IMG/VR virus record: IMGVR_UViG_3300040960_001746
Direction: 5' to 3' (one strand)
Source: a virus
Length of the DNA: 64,000 bases
This document shows, one piece after another, positions 19,996 through 29,514 of this stretch. The notes under the pieces were generated by a model. That model ran no database searches. It was given only the letters and a program-made list of their open reading frames with translations, and was not told where the DNA came from. Every line of letters begins with the position of its first letter. The stretch's first letter is position 1. Both the position numbers and the translations under genes were made by a program.

Positions 19996-21933
19996 TTAAT
20001 AAGTACCTCCATCTAAAATATCAAATTCGGCTAATACCCTAACACCATTAGGTGCTCCATTATTTAAATTGTTATTTCTTATTACAATATCATTTAACTG
20101 AGTAACCCAACCACGATTATTATAACCTACAAACCCACTATATTCACTTACATTTGGTATTTCACCGGGGACAATACCTGTAAGACTTTGCATCTGACCA
20201 ATAGTGAAATAAGTATCACCCGTAGTCGTACCATCACCATCTTGAATTTTAATACCAGAACCAACAGAGGTTGTGGACGTATCTCCTGTTGGGTTATAAT
20301 TTAATTCTATTTGTGGATCTTCTACATAAAGTTCACTAGTAGAAATAGTAGTAGTATCACCGAAAACTGTTAAATCACCATGTACTGTTAAATCACCCAC
20401 ACCCGATGTTGAGGTAGAACCACCTGAACCAATCACTAAACCACCTTGACCAATATTGGCAGTTGTACCTGAAGAGTTAGTTACGTTTAAATCACCAACC
20501 GTAAGTAAGTTTGTAGTATCGTTATACTCAAATCCAGACTCATCAGTTAATTCTCCACCTGTTCCAACATAAACAACTCTTCCTGCGGTTAGGTTAGAAA
20601 TTGTTAACCCTGATACAGTGTCAATAGATGTGGTTAAATTTGGTTCACCTTCATTCCTTGAGATAGTGAATGTGTTATTGGTTGAGTTATAAGTAAATCC
20701 TGTTACGAAAGTATCATTAACATCGATAGTACTTAAATCTACAGTAAAGTTAGAACCATCGTTTTGATCAAATGTAATTAAAGAAGTTCCGTTGTTATAT
20801 GTACCTCCTGTTGTAAAAGTATCTGTATATGGTAAAGAATACGTACTAGGTGCAACATCTTGATTATATAATAAATCTATTGACGCACTATTAGTATTAT
20901 CAGTTGCGGAATTATTAGTACCACCTGTTACAAAAGTATCATTAACATCAATATTAGATAAGTCTACGCTAAATGTCGAACCGTCATTTTTATCAAAGTC
21001 TATAGATGTTGTACCTAAGTTATAAGTTCCCCCAGTTGTAAATGTATTTTGTGTTGTTATAAAATAAGGTCCACCAGCAACAGGAATGTTATAGTCTAAT
21101 TGAGCACTTTGTGTATTTGTGTTATTATTAGCTGCAGTTAATGTATTACCCGTAACAAATGTGTCTGTAACACCAGTAATATCAACAGTAACATCGTCAT
21201 TTCTAGTTAATGTTATTGTATCAGTTACATCACTATATGTACCACCAGTTACAAATGTGTTTGTTGAAGGTGGGATAGAAACATCCACTCTAATAATATC
21301 ACCAATGGTACTAATAGATGTGTTAGAACCACCACTTAGTGTTCTAAAATATAAATCAGTACCTGACTTACCACTAAATATTTCTTCGGCACCACCAGAA
21401 TTGACACCATTTTCAATTTTACTATCTAATTCTGTTTGTAAATTAACAACACCTGAAATTGGTATATTAGTTAAACCTGTACCATCACCATAATAAGTTA
21501 TACCCGATAACACACTAATAGTTGATGTTAAATTAGGTTGTCCTTGATTTCTAGATATAGTAAATGTATTTACATCATCATAAGTAAATCCTGTTACAAA
21601 TGTATCAACACCTGTGATATCTGAAATGTTTGCTAATTCAAACCCATTTGTCGTACCTGATAAGAATTTACCTGATAAATTTGTTAAGTCATTATAATGT
21701 GTAATTTTATTTCTTACCCTTAAATCATAAAGATTCGAACCTACTTCGAAAAAATTAGATGTTGTACCTGTCCCTGCAGGTGTCCATTCTGATGTTGTTG
21801 TTGTTACACCTGAAAAGAATACTATACCATCTGCGGTATTTACTATCGGTTCACCTTTTAACAAAGAAGACGGTAAGGGTCTACTTACAATATCCGAATT
21901 TTTTAAAATGTGTGTCGTGTTTCTTGTTGCCAT
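19996..21933 (-). CDS. Tail fibre / virion structural protein with DTFVTG(F/G)TY repeats
   Basis: GEPIVNTADG anchor; multiple DT(F/Y)VTG.TY repeats; LTV.GDLTV.G.TTTI.T..L.VED..IELN; ends LDGGTY. Confidence 0.75.
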   Translation of the reverse strand: MATRNTTHILKNSDIVSRPLPSSLLKGEPIVNTADGIVFFSGVTTTTSEWTPAGTGTTSNFFEVGSNLYDLRVRNKITHYNDLTNLSGKFLSGTTNGFELANISDITGVDTFVTGFTYDDVNTFTISRNQGQPNLTSTISVLSGITYYGDGTGLTNIPISGVVNLQTELDSKIENGVNSGGAEEIFSGKSGTDLYFRTLSGGSNTSISTIGDIIRVDVSIPPSTNTFVTGGTYSDVTDTITLTRNDDVTVDITGVTDTFVTGNTLTAANNNTNTQSAQLDYNIPVAGGPYFITTQNTFTTGGTYNLGTTSIDFDKNDGSTFSVDLSNIDVNDTFVTGGTNNSATDNTNSASIDLLYNQDVAPSTYSLPYTDTFTTGGTYNNGTSLITFDQNDGSNFTVDLSTIDVNDTFVTGFTYNSTNNTFTISRNEGEPNLTTSIDTVSGLTISNLTAGRVVYVGTGGELTDESGFEYNDTTNLLTVGDLNVTNSSGTTANIGQGGLVIGSGGSTSTSGVGDLTVHGDLTVFGDTTTISTSELYVEDPQIELNYNPTGDTSTTSVGSGIKIQDGDGTTTGDTYFTIGQMQSLTGIVPGEIPNVSEYSGFVGYNNRGWVTQLNDIVIRNNNLNNGAPNGVRVLAEFDILDGGTY

Positions 21934-21986
21934 TTTTTAGTTTTTATTTATAAATATTAGTTATTTAGGGAAAATTATTTTTTTAT

Positions 21987-22619
21987 TTAATAAACTCCAC
22001 CATTTAAAATATCATCTTGTATTATTGAATTATTTGCGGTTATGGTTCTTGTATTACCAGAACTATCTAACCCCAGATTTAATTCAGGTGTTATAATTTT
22101 ATTGGTTGATGTCCATACAGTAGAAGTTCCACTAATAGTGTTTACATCTCTAAATCTTTTAACTGGTGTCCCTAAATCGGAATCACCATCATTTAAAGGT
22201 AATAAATCATCATGTATAGTAATCGGTGAACACCCATATAAATTAGATGTGTATACGCCTGTACACGCACTTAACACACCATTTATTGTTAACCCACTAA
22301 ATTCACTTATATTAACATCAAAAGAAACACCATCATTTCTTTGAATAGTTAAATTATTTGAGTTGTCATATGTAAATCCAGTTATGAAAGTGTTTTGTCC
22401 AGAACCCCCAAAAATATCTAATAAATTAGTACCACCACTTAAAAATACAGATGAATTAATTGTATTCGCAGATAATATATCACTATGTACGATTATGGTA
22501 TCACCAGTACAAGGATAAATGTCATTAGTATAAAAACCAGTACACGCACTTAAAATATCTGTTTCAGTACTTGTAACTATATAATTTTTTTTTATGTTAG
22601 AATTGTCGCAACTACTCAT
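21987..22619 (-). CDS. Short fibre-like structural protein
   Basis: Shares TGFTY repeat, SNLYGCSPI and LNGGVY terminus with neighbours. Confidence 0.6.
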   Translation of the reverse strand: MSSCDNSNIKKNYIVTSTETDILSACTGFYTNDIYPCTGDTIIVHSDILSANTINSSVFLSGGTNLLDIFGGSGQNTFITGFTYDNSNNLTIQRNDGVSFDVNISEFSGLTINGVLSACTGVYTSNLYGCSPITIHDDLLPLNDGDSDLGTPVKRFRDVNTISGTSTVWTSTNKIITPELNLGLDSSGNTRTITANNSIIQDDILNGGVY

Positions 22620-23647
22620 AATATCGTACCAGTTATCTCAACGTCAGAAGGTAAATTAGCATCTGTTTTATTTACTTTAATGTATAATTCATCACCATTA
22701 TTAACAGTAAATGGTAATGTTTTAGTAACACCATTTACTTTAAATATCAAAGAAGTTGCGTTAGTAAAATTAGAATCCGTATAAGTTGCATCAATTTCTA
22801 TAGGAATCTTAACACTACTAACACCTCTATTAAATAAAACATCCAAACAAATAGTTTTATTTTGATCATCAACATTAATCTGATATGGTGCCCTATATAA
22901 TTCTTCACTAATCTCATAAAACTGAATACCTCTACTAACCGCAGGTGTTACAACAAAGTCATCTTCATCTAAAAGATAACCCATCATCTTTATAGTGAAT
23001 AATTGTACATAATATTTTCTTTCATCTAAATTAGTAATTTGACTTTCATCGCCTATACTATCTAATATAAGTGGTATGGGATGTCCATTTACTCTAATAT
23101 ATTTTTCTAATGCGGAAAATGAAGTCAACATTTTTCTATTCATTTTATTTAAATCCCTCATTCGATTACAGAATAGTCTTACTTCATACATAATATCTAC
23201 AGATATTGGTTGAGGTATCTTATAAATGTCATAACCTTTTCTATTACCATCCCACGTAGGTATTTTCATATATGTAAATGTCGGTCTACCAGGAATATTA
23301 AATGACCCTGCGTAGTTTGTACCTTGTTGTGCGTCAGGTTTTCTAACCACAGTTATAAAAGGTAGTTTAATATTTTTATCTATATCAGAATATTGCCAAG
23401 TTTTACTAAATTCCGCCCATCTTTGGGCAGTTAAAAATATTACAGGTACTTTCTCACCTTCTAATGTTAAATCAATATCATTGTTGACATAGTTTACCAA
23501 TTCACCATCCATATCTTCATGAAGAATCCCTTTTGGGAGATAAGTACCTTTATTTGCAATGTCATCTAAGATACTTTGTCTTTGTTCGAACCCTTGTTTA
23601 TGTGGCGTTATTTTTAAATCTTTTCTATAGTTCTTTGGTAATCCCAT
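22616..23647 (-). CDS. Tail terminator / sheath stabiliser (T4 gp15-like)
   Basis: KVPVIF..AQRW, LPFITV.R, PQPISVDI.YEV, MRDLNK pattern; position beside neck gene. Confidence 0.6.
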   Translation of the reverse strand: MGLPKNYRKDLKITPHKQGFEQRQSILDDIANKGTYLPKGILHEDMDGELVNYVNNDIDLTLEGEKVPVIFLTAQRWAEFSKTWQYSDIDKNIKLPFITVVRKPDAQQGTNYAGSFNIPGRPTFTYMKIPTWDGNRKGYDIYKIPQPISVDIMYEVRLFCNRMRDLNKMNRKMLTSFSALEKYIRVNGHPIPLILDSIGDESQITNLDERKYYVQLFTIKMMGYLLDEDDFVVTPAVSRGIQFYEISEELYRAPYQINVDDQNKTICLDVLFNRGVSSVKIPIEIDATYTDSNFTNATSLIFKVNGVTKTLPFTVNNGDELYIKVNKTDANLPSDVEITGTIL

Positions 23648-23649
23648 AA

Positions 23650-24171
23650 TTATCTTCCGTCAAATTCATCTAAGTCTGTAGGTACACAAGTTATTGTTCT
23701 ATAGAATCCTTTATAACCTACCATTGTATGTGCGTTATCTGCAAATATTTTACCATCATTAGAAACGGTAAAGTATTTTGTTTTTGTTTCAGTTTCAGGA
23801 TAACCAATATAATCACCATAACTAATATCAACACCTAATTCATCTAATTGATCTTGATACACACCTAAAGTAATATTGCCCCTCTCTAAATATCTCATTG
23901 AACCATCAGAGTTGTAGTTTTTGTTCGTTGGTGCGGCGTAATTAAAATTCACAGGAATCTCAATAGGTGGTTTAAATCTTATCTCACCCTTACCCGCTTC
24001 ACCATATATATCGTCATTGGTGGTTTCAGTTCTATCTACCCTATAAAGAATAACTTTAATGTTAATATCACCCTCTAACCATTCTCTTCCAAAATCGATG
24101 TCTAACTCAAAATCTTCTTGAGAGTAAAACTTATTTAATCTCTCAATCGGTACTCTTTTTGGTTGTGCCAT
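23650..24171 (-). CDS. Neck / head-closure protein (T4 gp14-like)
   Basis: DDIYGEA...F.PPIEI, L.EL..DI.YGD.I, YF.V. Confidence 0.6.
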   Translation of the reverse strand: MAQPKRVPIERLNKFYSQEDFELDIDFGREWLEGDINIKVILYRVDRTETTNDDIYGEAGKGEIRFKPPIEIPVNFNYAAPTNKNYNSDGSMRYLERGNITLGVYQDQLDELGVDISYGDYIGYPETETKTKYFTVSNDGKIFADNAHTMVGYKGFYRTITCVPTDLDEFDGR

Positions 24172-24227
24172 ATATCTTTTATAGATAAATATTTATTTTT
24201 AAGAAAAAAATCCTTATTATTATAATT

Positions 24228-27080
24228 ATGTTGGATGTTAAGGATATTAAAAATCTTGACAGTGAAGATTTACTCATGACATATGAGGGTAAAAACCCTT
24301 ATATAAAGTACATGCGCAAAAAAAAGGAAACTGAAAAAAATTATTTTCTTACTAATAATCAGTCAAATTATGTAAAAAATTATTTTACCTTCGAACCAAA
24401 GGTATTAAATAAAGTTATAGAACTGACTAATTATTTTTCTGAAGAATTAAAAGAAGAACATAAATTAAAAATAACACCTAAAAAAATATTTGTGGAAACT
24501 TTATTGGCGGAATCGGACAAAGCGATACACGTTATATGTAAGTTATATAAAAACCAAAAGGACGTTAAATTATTATGGATACCTAAAACACAAATATTAG
24601 ATGATATTCATTATGAAGATATCGATGTAGATATAGACTTTGACAAATACTCTAAATTAGATAAAAGAGGATGGAGGGCGTTTAAACATCAAGAAGATGG
24701 TATTAAGTTCTTAATGAAGAACAAAAAGTGTATTTTGGCGGACGATATGGGTTTAGGTAAGAGGATTGCTAATGATGTCCCTGTATTAACACCTAACGGT
24801 TGGGTGTTGCATGGTTCTTTAAAAGTGGGTGATTATGTTATAGGGTCAAATGGTAAGCCAACCAAAGTATTAGCAACATATCCAAACCAATCAGATGATT
24901 ATTATAATATAACCTTTACTGATGGTACTGTAGTTGAGTCTTGTGGTGAACATTTGTGGGCAGTACAAACTACTAACCATAGAAAAAGAGGTAGTGGATT
25001 TAAAGTTAAACCACTTAAAGAGTTAAAAAATGATTTAACTTATGGTAAATATGGTAACACTAAATGGTTTATCCCAATGGTTAATACTGTAGAATTTAAT
25101 AAAAAAGATGTTGGTGTTGATCCTTATCTATTAGGTTGTTTATTGGGAGATGGTGGTATTAGTCAAAGACACATAACATTATCAACCGTAGACGTAGAAT
25201 TATTAAATGAGTGTAGTGAAAGGTTACCTGTAGATTATTTTTTCGATAAAGTGAAGGGTAAGAATGATTATTTATTAAAACAACAAATAACAGAACGAAC
25301 TGTTGGTACTAAACATAGTGTTATTGAACATTTAAAGAATTATAATTTAATGGGTACTAGATCAGATGATAAATTTATACCTGAAGATTACAAATATAAC
25401 ACTAAAGAGATTAGATTAGAAATTTTACAAGGTTTATTAGATACTGACGGATATTGTTCAAAAAAAGACGGTACAATACAATTTTATTCTGTATCAAAGC
25501 AACTTTCAGATGACGTAAAAGAATTGGTTCAGTCGTTTGGTGGAGTGGCTAGAGAAAGTACTAAAATAGGTAAATATAAAAAACCTAATGGTGAAGTGGT
25601 TCACTGTAAAATCTGTTATATATTAACTATTAATCTACCTAAAGGTATTATCCCTTTTAAATTACAACGTAAGATTAATAATATGAAATCTGATAGAAAG
25701 TATCTACCATATAGGGGTATAAAATCTATAGAGTATTCTAGAACAACTGCAGGACAATGTATATCAGTACAAGCAGAAGATAATCTTTATGTGATAGATA
25801 AATATGTTGTTACACATAATACCTACCAGTCTATAGTTGCTGCGTTAGAAAGTGGTGCGGAAAGAGTTTTAATAATATGTCCTTCATCACTCAAAATAAA
25901 TTGGATGAGAGAAGTACAAAATTTTTGTGATGACGTATCAATAATTACAGGGTCTTATTGGGATCCTGCGAGATTCACAATCATTAACTATGACATACTC
26001 AAAAATTTTCACACAGTTAAAGAAAAAAATAAAGAATACGAAGAGTGGGAATTGAGAAGAGAAATTGCAGACTTCAATCCCGATCTATTAATATTAGATG
26101 AAGCACATTATGTTAAAAATCACAAATCTAAAAGAGGTGCAATATTAAAAGATTTATCTAAGAATTTTTCATGTGAAAGAGTATGGTTATTAACTGGTAC
26201 ACCTATCGCAAATAGACCTATGGATTACTATAATTTATTATCTATTATTGATTCACCAATAACAAACAATTGGGTTCACTACGCTAAAACTTATTGTGAA
26301 GGTAAAAGATTTAGAAAGGGTGGTAAATATGTATGGGTTACTACAGGGGCATCTAATTTAGATGAGTTAGCATCTAAAACAAAAAGAACAATATTAAGAA
26401 GAAAAAAAGAAGATGTCTTAGATTTACCCGAAAAATTGATTACCCCAGTATATTTAGAATTAGAAAATGTAGATGGTTATAAATCTGTATGGGAAGATTA
26501 CTTAGCGAAAAGAAAGTTAGAAGGTAAAAAAGGTAATCCTGCGAGAGACTTAGTAGAGATGACATTACTTAGAACTTTTATTGCGATGGAAACTGTACCC
26601 TATTCTATTGAAAAGGCGGAAGAGGCGTTAGAGTTAAATAAAAAAGTTATTATATTTTGTAACTTTAATGATGAGATGGACGCATTTAACAGACACTTCG
26701 GTAATAAGGCGGTATGCGTAAGAGGTGGTATGTCAGATAAACAAAAACAATTATCAGTAGATAGATTTCAAGAAGATGATAGTTGTAAGGTATTTGTAGG
26801 ACAAATTAAGGCAGCAGGTGTGGGATTAACACTAACTAAGGCGGAGATTGTTATTATGAACTCTTTAGATTGGGTTCCCGGAAATCACGAACAAGCGGAA
26901 GATCGTGCATATAGAATAGGACAAAAGGAAACTGTTAATATTTATTATATGTTAATGGATGATACTATTGATACTTTAGTATGGGATATACTAAATGAAA
27001 AGAAAAAGATTATTGGAACCATTATGGGTGAAGATGATATAATAAATGAATTTATAAATAAAATAGAAGATGAAAGTTAA
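24228..27080 (+). CDS. SNF2/HARP-like helicase containing an intein
   Basis: LADDMGLGK[intein]T, CPSSLKINW, LDEAH, LTGTPIAN, GVGLTLT, QAEDRAYRIGQ. Confidence 0.93.
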   Translation: MLDVKDIKNLDSEDLLMTYEGKNPYIKYMRKKKETEKNYFLTNNQSNYVKNYFTFEPKVLNKVIELTNYFSEELKEEHKLKITPKKIFVETLLAESDKAIHVICKLYKNQKDVKLLWIPKTQILDDIHYEDIDVDIDFDKYSKLDKRGWRAFKHQEDGIKFLMKNKKCILADDMGLGKRIANDVPVLTPNGWVLHGSLKVGDYVIGSNGKPTKVLATYPNQSDDYYNITFTDGTVVESCGEHLWAVQTTNHRKRGSGFKVKPLKELKNDLTYGKYGNTKWFIPMVNTVEFNKKDVGVDPYLLGCLLGDGGISQRHITLSTVDVELLNECSERLPVDYFFDKVKGKNDYLLKQQITERTVGTKHSVIEHLKNYNLMGTRSDDKFIPEDYKYNTKEIRLEILQGLLDTDGYCSKKDGTIQFYSVSKQLSDDVKELVQSFGGVARESTKIGKYKKPNGEVVHCKICYILTINLPKGIIPFKLQRKINNMKSDRKYLPYRGIKSIEYSRTTAGQCISVQAEDNLYVIDKYVVTHNTYQSIVAALESGAERVLIICPSSLKINWMREVQNFCDDVSIITGSYWDPARFTIINYDILKNFHTVKEKNKEYEEWELRREIADFNPDLLILDEAHYVKNHKSKRGAILKDLSKNFSCERVWLLTGTPIANRPMDYYNLLSIIDSPITNNWVHYAKTYCEGKRFRKGGKYVWVTTGASNLDELASKTKRTILRRKKEDVLDLPEKLITPVYLELENVDGYKSVWEDYLAKRKLEGKKGNPARDLVEMTLLRTFIAMETVPYSIEKAEEALELNKKVIIFCNFNDEMDAFNRHFGNKAVCVRGGMSDKQKQLSVDRFQEDDSCKVFVGQIKAAGVGLTLTKAEIVIMNSLDWVPGNHEQAEDRAYRIGQKETVNIYYMLMDDTIDTLVWDILNEKKKIIGTIMGEDDIINEFINKIEDES
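24762..25820 (+). mobile_element. Class-3 intein (353 aa) with LAGLIDADG homing endonuclease, inserted in Walker A (GK/T)
   Basis: Starts RIANDVPVLTPNGW; block B EHLW; LLGDG and LLDTDG LAGLIDADG motifs; block F QCISV; ends VTHN, +1 Thr. Confidence 0.93.
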
Positions 27081-27327
27081 AGTATTTTCAATGAAAGGAT
27101 GTCCACATTGTGACAACTTAAAAAACCAATTAAAAGAAAGTAATATAGATTTTATTGAATTGGATGTCGATGAACATGAAGAATTGTATGAAAAATTCTC
27201 TAAGAAAGTTAATAATGAATATCTACCTGCGATTTTAATAGAAAAGACTGCGTTTTTACCTGATAGATCATTTCAGACAATAAATGAGGCGGTAGAGTTA
27301 GTTAAGCGTCACCTTCAGGTGCTTTAG
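27070..27327 (+). CDS. Glutaredoxin / NrdH-like redoxin
   Basis: VFS..GCPHC..LK..L; YLPAI.I. Confidence 0.88.
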   Translation: MKVKVFSMKGCPHCDNLKNQLKESNIDFIELDVDEHEELYEKFSKKVNNEYLPAILIEKTAFLPDRSFQTINEAVELVKRHLQVL

Positions 27328-27652
27328 GTCCGGGACCATTTAAGTTAAAGTTATAGTTATCTTGTGATTTATTGTCTAACATATCACCTAAAACGTTGAT
27401 AACGTTATCATATCTATCACTATGTTCTGCAGCAAACCCTTCTTGTCTACCATTGTCACTTAAAAGAGATAACCTAATACTATCTAATACTTCTCTCATT
27501 TCTTCGTCTTCACAATATTGTAAGGCAGATTCTATATCTCTAAGTCCATCAACTAAATGTTGCATCGCTTTATAAGACAATCCCAATGCAATGTCATTCT
27601 GCGTTTTATTATCGGTTTCCTCCTTTAATATTTTTTTAATAATTCTTTTCAT
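27302..27652 (-). CDS. Hypothetical protein with leader MKRIIKKILKEE
   Basis: ORF; LxE leader; overlaps glutaredoxin 3' end. Confidence 0.6.
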   Translation of the reverse strand: MKRIIKKILKEETDNKTQNDIALGLSYKAMQHLVDGLRDIESALQYCEDEEMREVLDSIRLSLLSDNGRQEGFAAEHSDRYDNVINVLGDMLDNKSQDNYNFNLNGPGPKAPEGDA

Positions 27653-28329
27653 TATATTTTTCTTCTACCTTTATGATAAATATCATATTGTTTTCTAAAT
27701 TCTCTTGGTTGACTATACCAATTATCTTTAGTATCTTCAAAATCTCTTTCTCTTTTATAGTTACCTTTACTATCTACAGTAACCAAATCTAACTCTTCAT
27801 TACTATTAAAATTATATTTATCATTTAATAATCCTATCTTACTAACATATTCTTTTGTTAATTGTTGTATTTTTTGTTTATATTCTTTAGTAATCTGTTC
27901 TGACTCTTCGCTAAATCCTTTAATGTCATTAATTGCGTCTTTGACGTTAACATAATCGTATCTTTCCCCTTTACCTACAATTTTACCCTCTTTGTTATAA
28001 TAACTTTGATCTCTATCACCCACAATATTATCTAAAATAGATTTTTGATAATCTTTATGTGGGTCATCTCCAAAACTTCCATGTCCCCTCTTATCCACAT
28101 CCTCAACTTTCATATTGGCATATAAGTTCCAATGTTCAGGATTAAAATAAAATATAATTTTTTTACCAATTTCTGGTATATATGACTCCCAACTATATTT
28201 TCTATGTGCTACATATAATTCTGTAGATGGTGAAATACTAATTTCTGGTGAGGTTAATTCATCATCGTACTCATCAGTCCTATCTTCCGTTTCCTCAAAT
28301 AATATTTTTCTAATAACATTTTTCATCAT
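27652..28329 (-). CDS. Hypothetical protein with leader MKNVIRKILFEE
   Basis: ORF; ATATTTAT at 28333-28340 (start may be second ATG, 28326). Confidence 0.6.
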   Translation of the reverse strand: MMKNVIRKILFEETEDRTDEYDDELTSPEISISPSTELYVAHRKYSWESYIPEIGKKIIFYFNPEHWNLYANMKVEDVDKRGHGSFGDDPHKDYQKSILDNIVGDRDQSYYNKEGKIVGKGERYDYVNVKDAINDIKGFSEESEQITKEYKQKIQQLTKEYVSKIGLLNDKYNFNSNEELDLVTVDSKGNYKRERDFEDTKDNWYSQPREFRKQYDIYHKGRRKI

Positions 28330-28368
28330 TTAATAAATATTGCAATATTTATAAATAAACATATTAAT

Positions 28369-29514
28369 ATGCCGAATTCTTTAAACGATAATTTAAAAAC
28401 AGAACTATTTAACCAAATTAGACATAGGTTAGGTGCACCTGTTAGAAAAATTGAATTGGATTGGGATCAAATGAATTCCCTTTTAGAAACTGCAATAGAA
28501 GATTATGCACAAAGAGTGCAAGATTGGTTAATTGAAAACCAATGGTCTTCTGTATTAGGTAAAGAGGCAGACAAAGTAGACATTGCATTTGCATTAACTA
28601 CAAGATCATTAGACTTTGAGAGTAACTTCTCTTATGCATATTCTAAACAAGTGGGGCTACAACAAAGAGGTCCTTGGGAACTTAAAAAGGATTATGTTAC
28701 AATAGTCAAAAACCAACAAGTATATCAGATACCTGCAGGTAGAGAAATTAATGAGATATTATGGATAACACCAAACTCTACCGATCACGCACTTTATTCG
28801 TTTGCAGGATTCGGAGATTATGGTTTTGGTGGAGGTTTTGGACAAGTACCATACGCAGGATGGGGACAAGGTGGAGGATTAGGTAATGGTGGTTTTTATG
28901 TTGCACCCGCATTTGACGTATTATTAAGAGCACAAGACTTTAGTTTGAAATCTAAATTACTTAGAAGTGAGTTAAGTCACAAAGTAACTGCAGGACCAAA
29001 TGGTACTAGGTTATTACACCTTATGCCTATACCTGGAAGTAGATTATCTTTCGCAGGTGCAGGATTAGTAAATAGTCAGATTGGACTCGCAGGAACTAAA
29101 GTATGGTATCATTATTATGATGTTACAGATGATAATAGAGACCAATGTTTAGCGGATAATCCTGACATTATTAAATTACCTAATGATGTACCTTTAAATA
29201 AACTACAATATTCAGAGTTAAACGAACCTACTAGAATATGGATAAGAAGATATCTAACTGCGTTATTTAAAGAAACATTAGGTAGAGTTAGAGGTAAGTT
29301 TCAAGGGGCACTAAAAGTACCTGATGCAGAACTCACAATGGATTATGATAGTTTACTTAGTGAAGGTAAAGAAGAACAACTTAAACTTTTAGAACAATTA
29401 GATTTAAGATTAGAAAGATTATCTAATGTTAAACAATTAGAGAATAAAGCGTTGGAGGCGGAAAACTTAAATAAGTCATTGAACTACCGTCCTTTGGGTC
29501 TTTATGTCATATGA
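28369..29514 (+). CDS. Neck / head-tail adaptor protein (T4 gp13-like)
   Basis: I..RLGAPV..IEL...Q; WIRRY.TAL.KE.LG.VRGKF; L.EG.EE...L. Confidence 0.8.
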   Translation: MPNSLNDNLKTELFNQIRHRLGAPVRKIELDWDQMNSLLETAIEDYAQRVQDWLIENQWSSVLGKEADKVDIAFALTTRSLDFESNFSYAYSKQVGLQQRGPWELKKDYVTIVKNQQVYQIPAGREINEILWITPNSTDHALYSFAGFGDYGFGGGFGQVPYAGWGQGGGLGNGGFYVAPAFDVLLRAQDFSLKSKLLRSELSHKVTAGPNGTRLLHLMPIPGSRLSFAGAGLVNSQIGLAGTKVWYHYYDVTDDNRDQCLADNPDIIKLPNDVPLNKLQYSELNEPTRIWIRRYLTALFKETLGRVRGKFQGALKVPDAELTMDYDSLLSEGKEEQLKLLEQLDLRLERLSNVKQLENKALEAENLNKSLNYRPLGLYVI

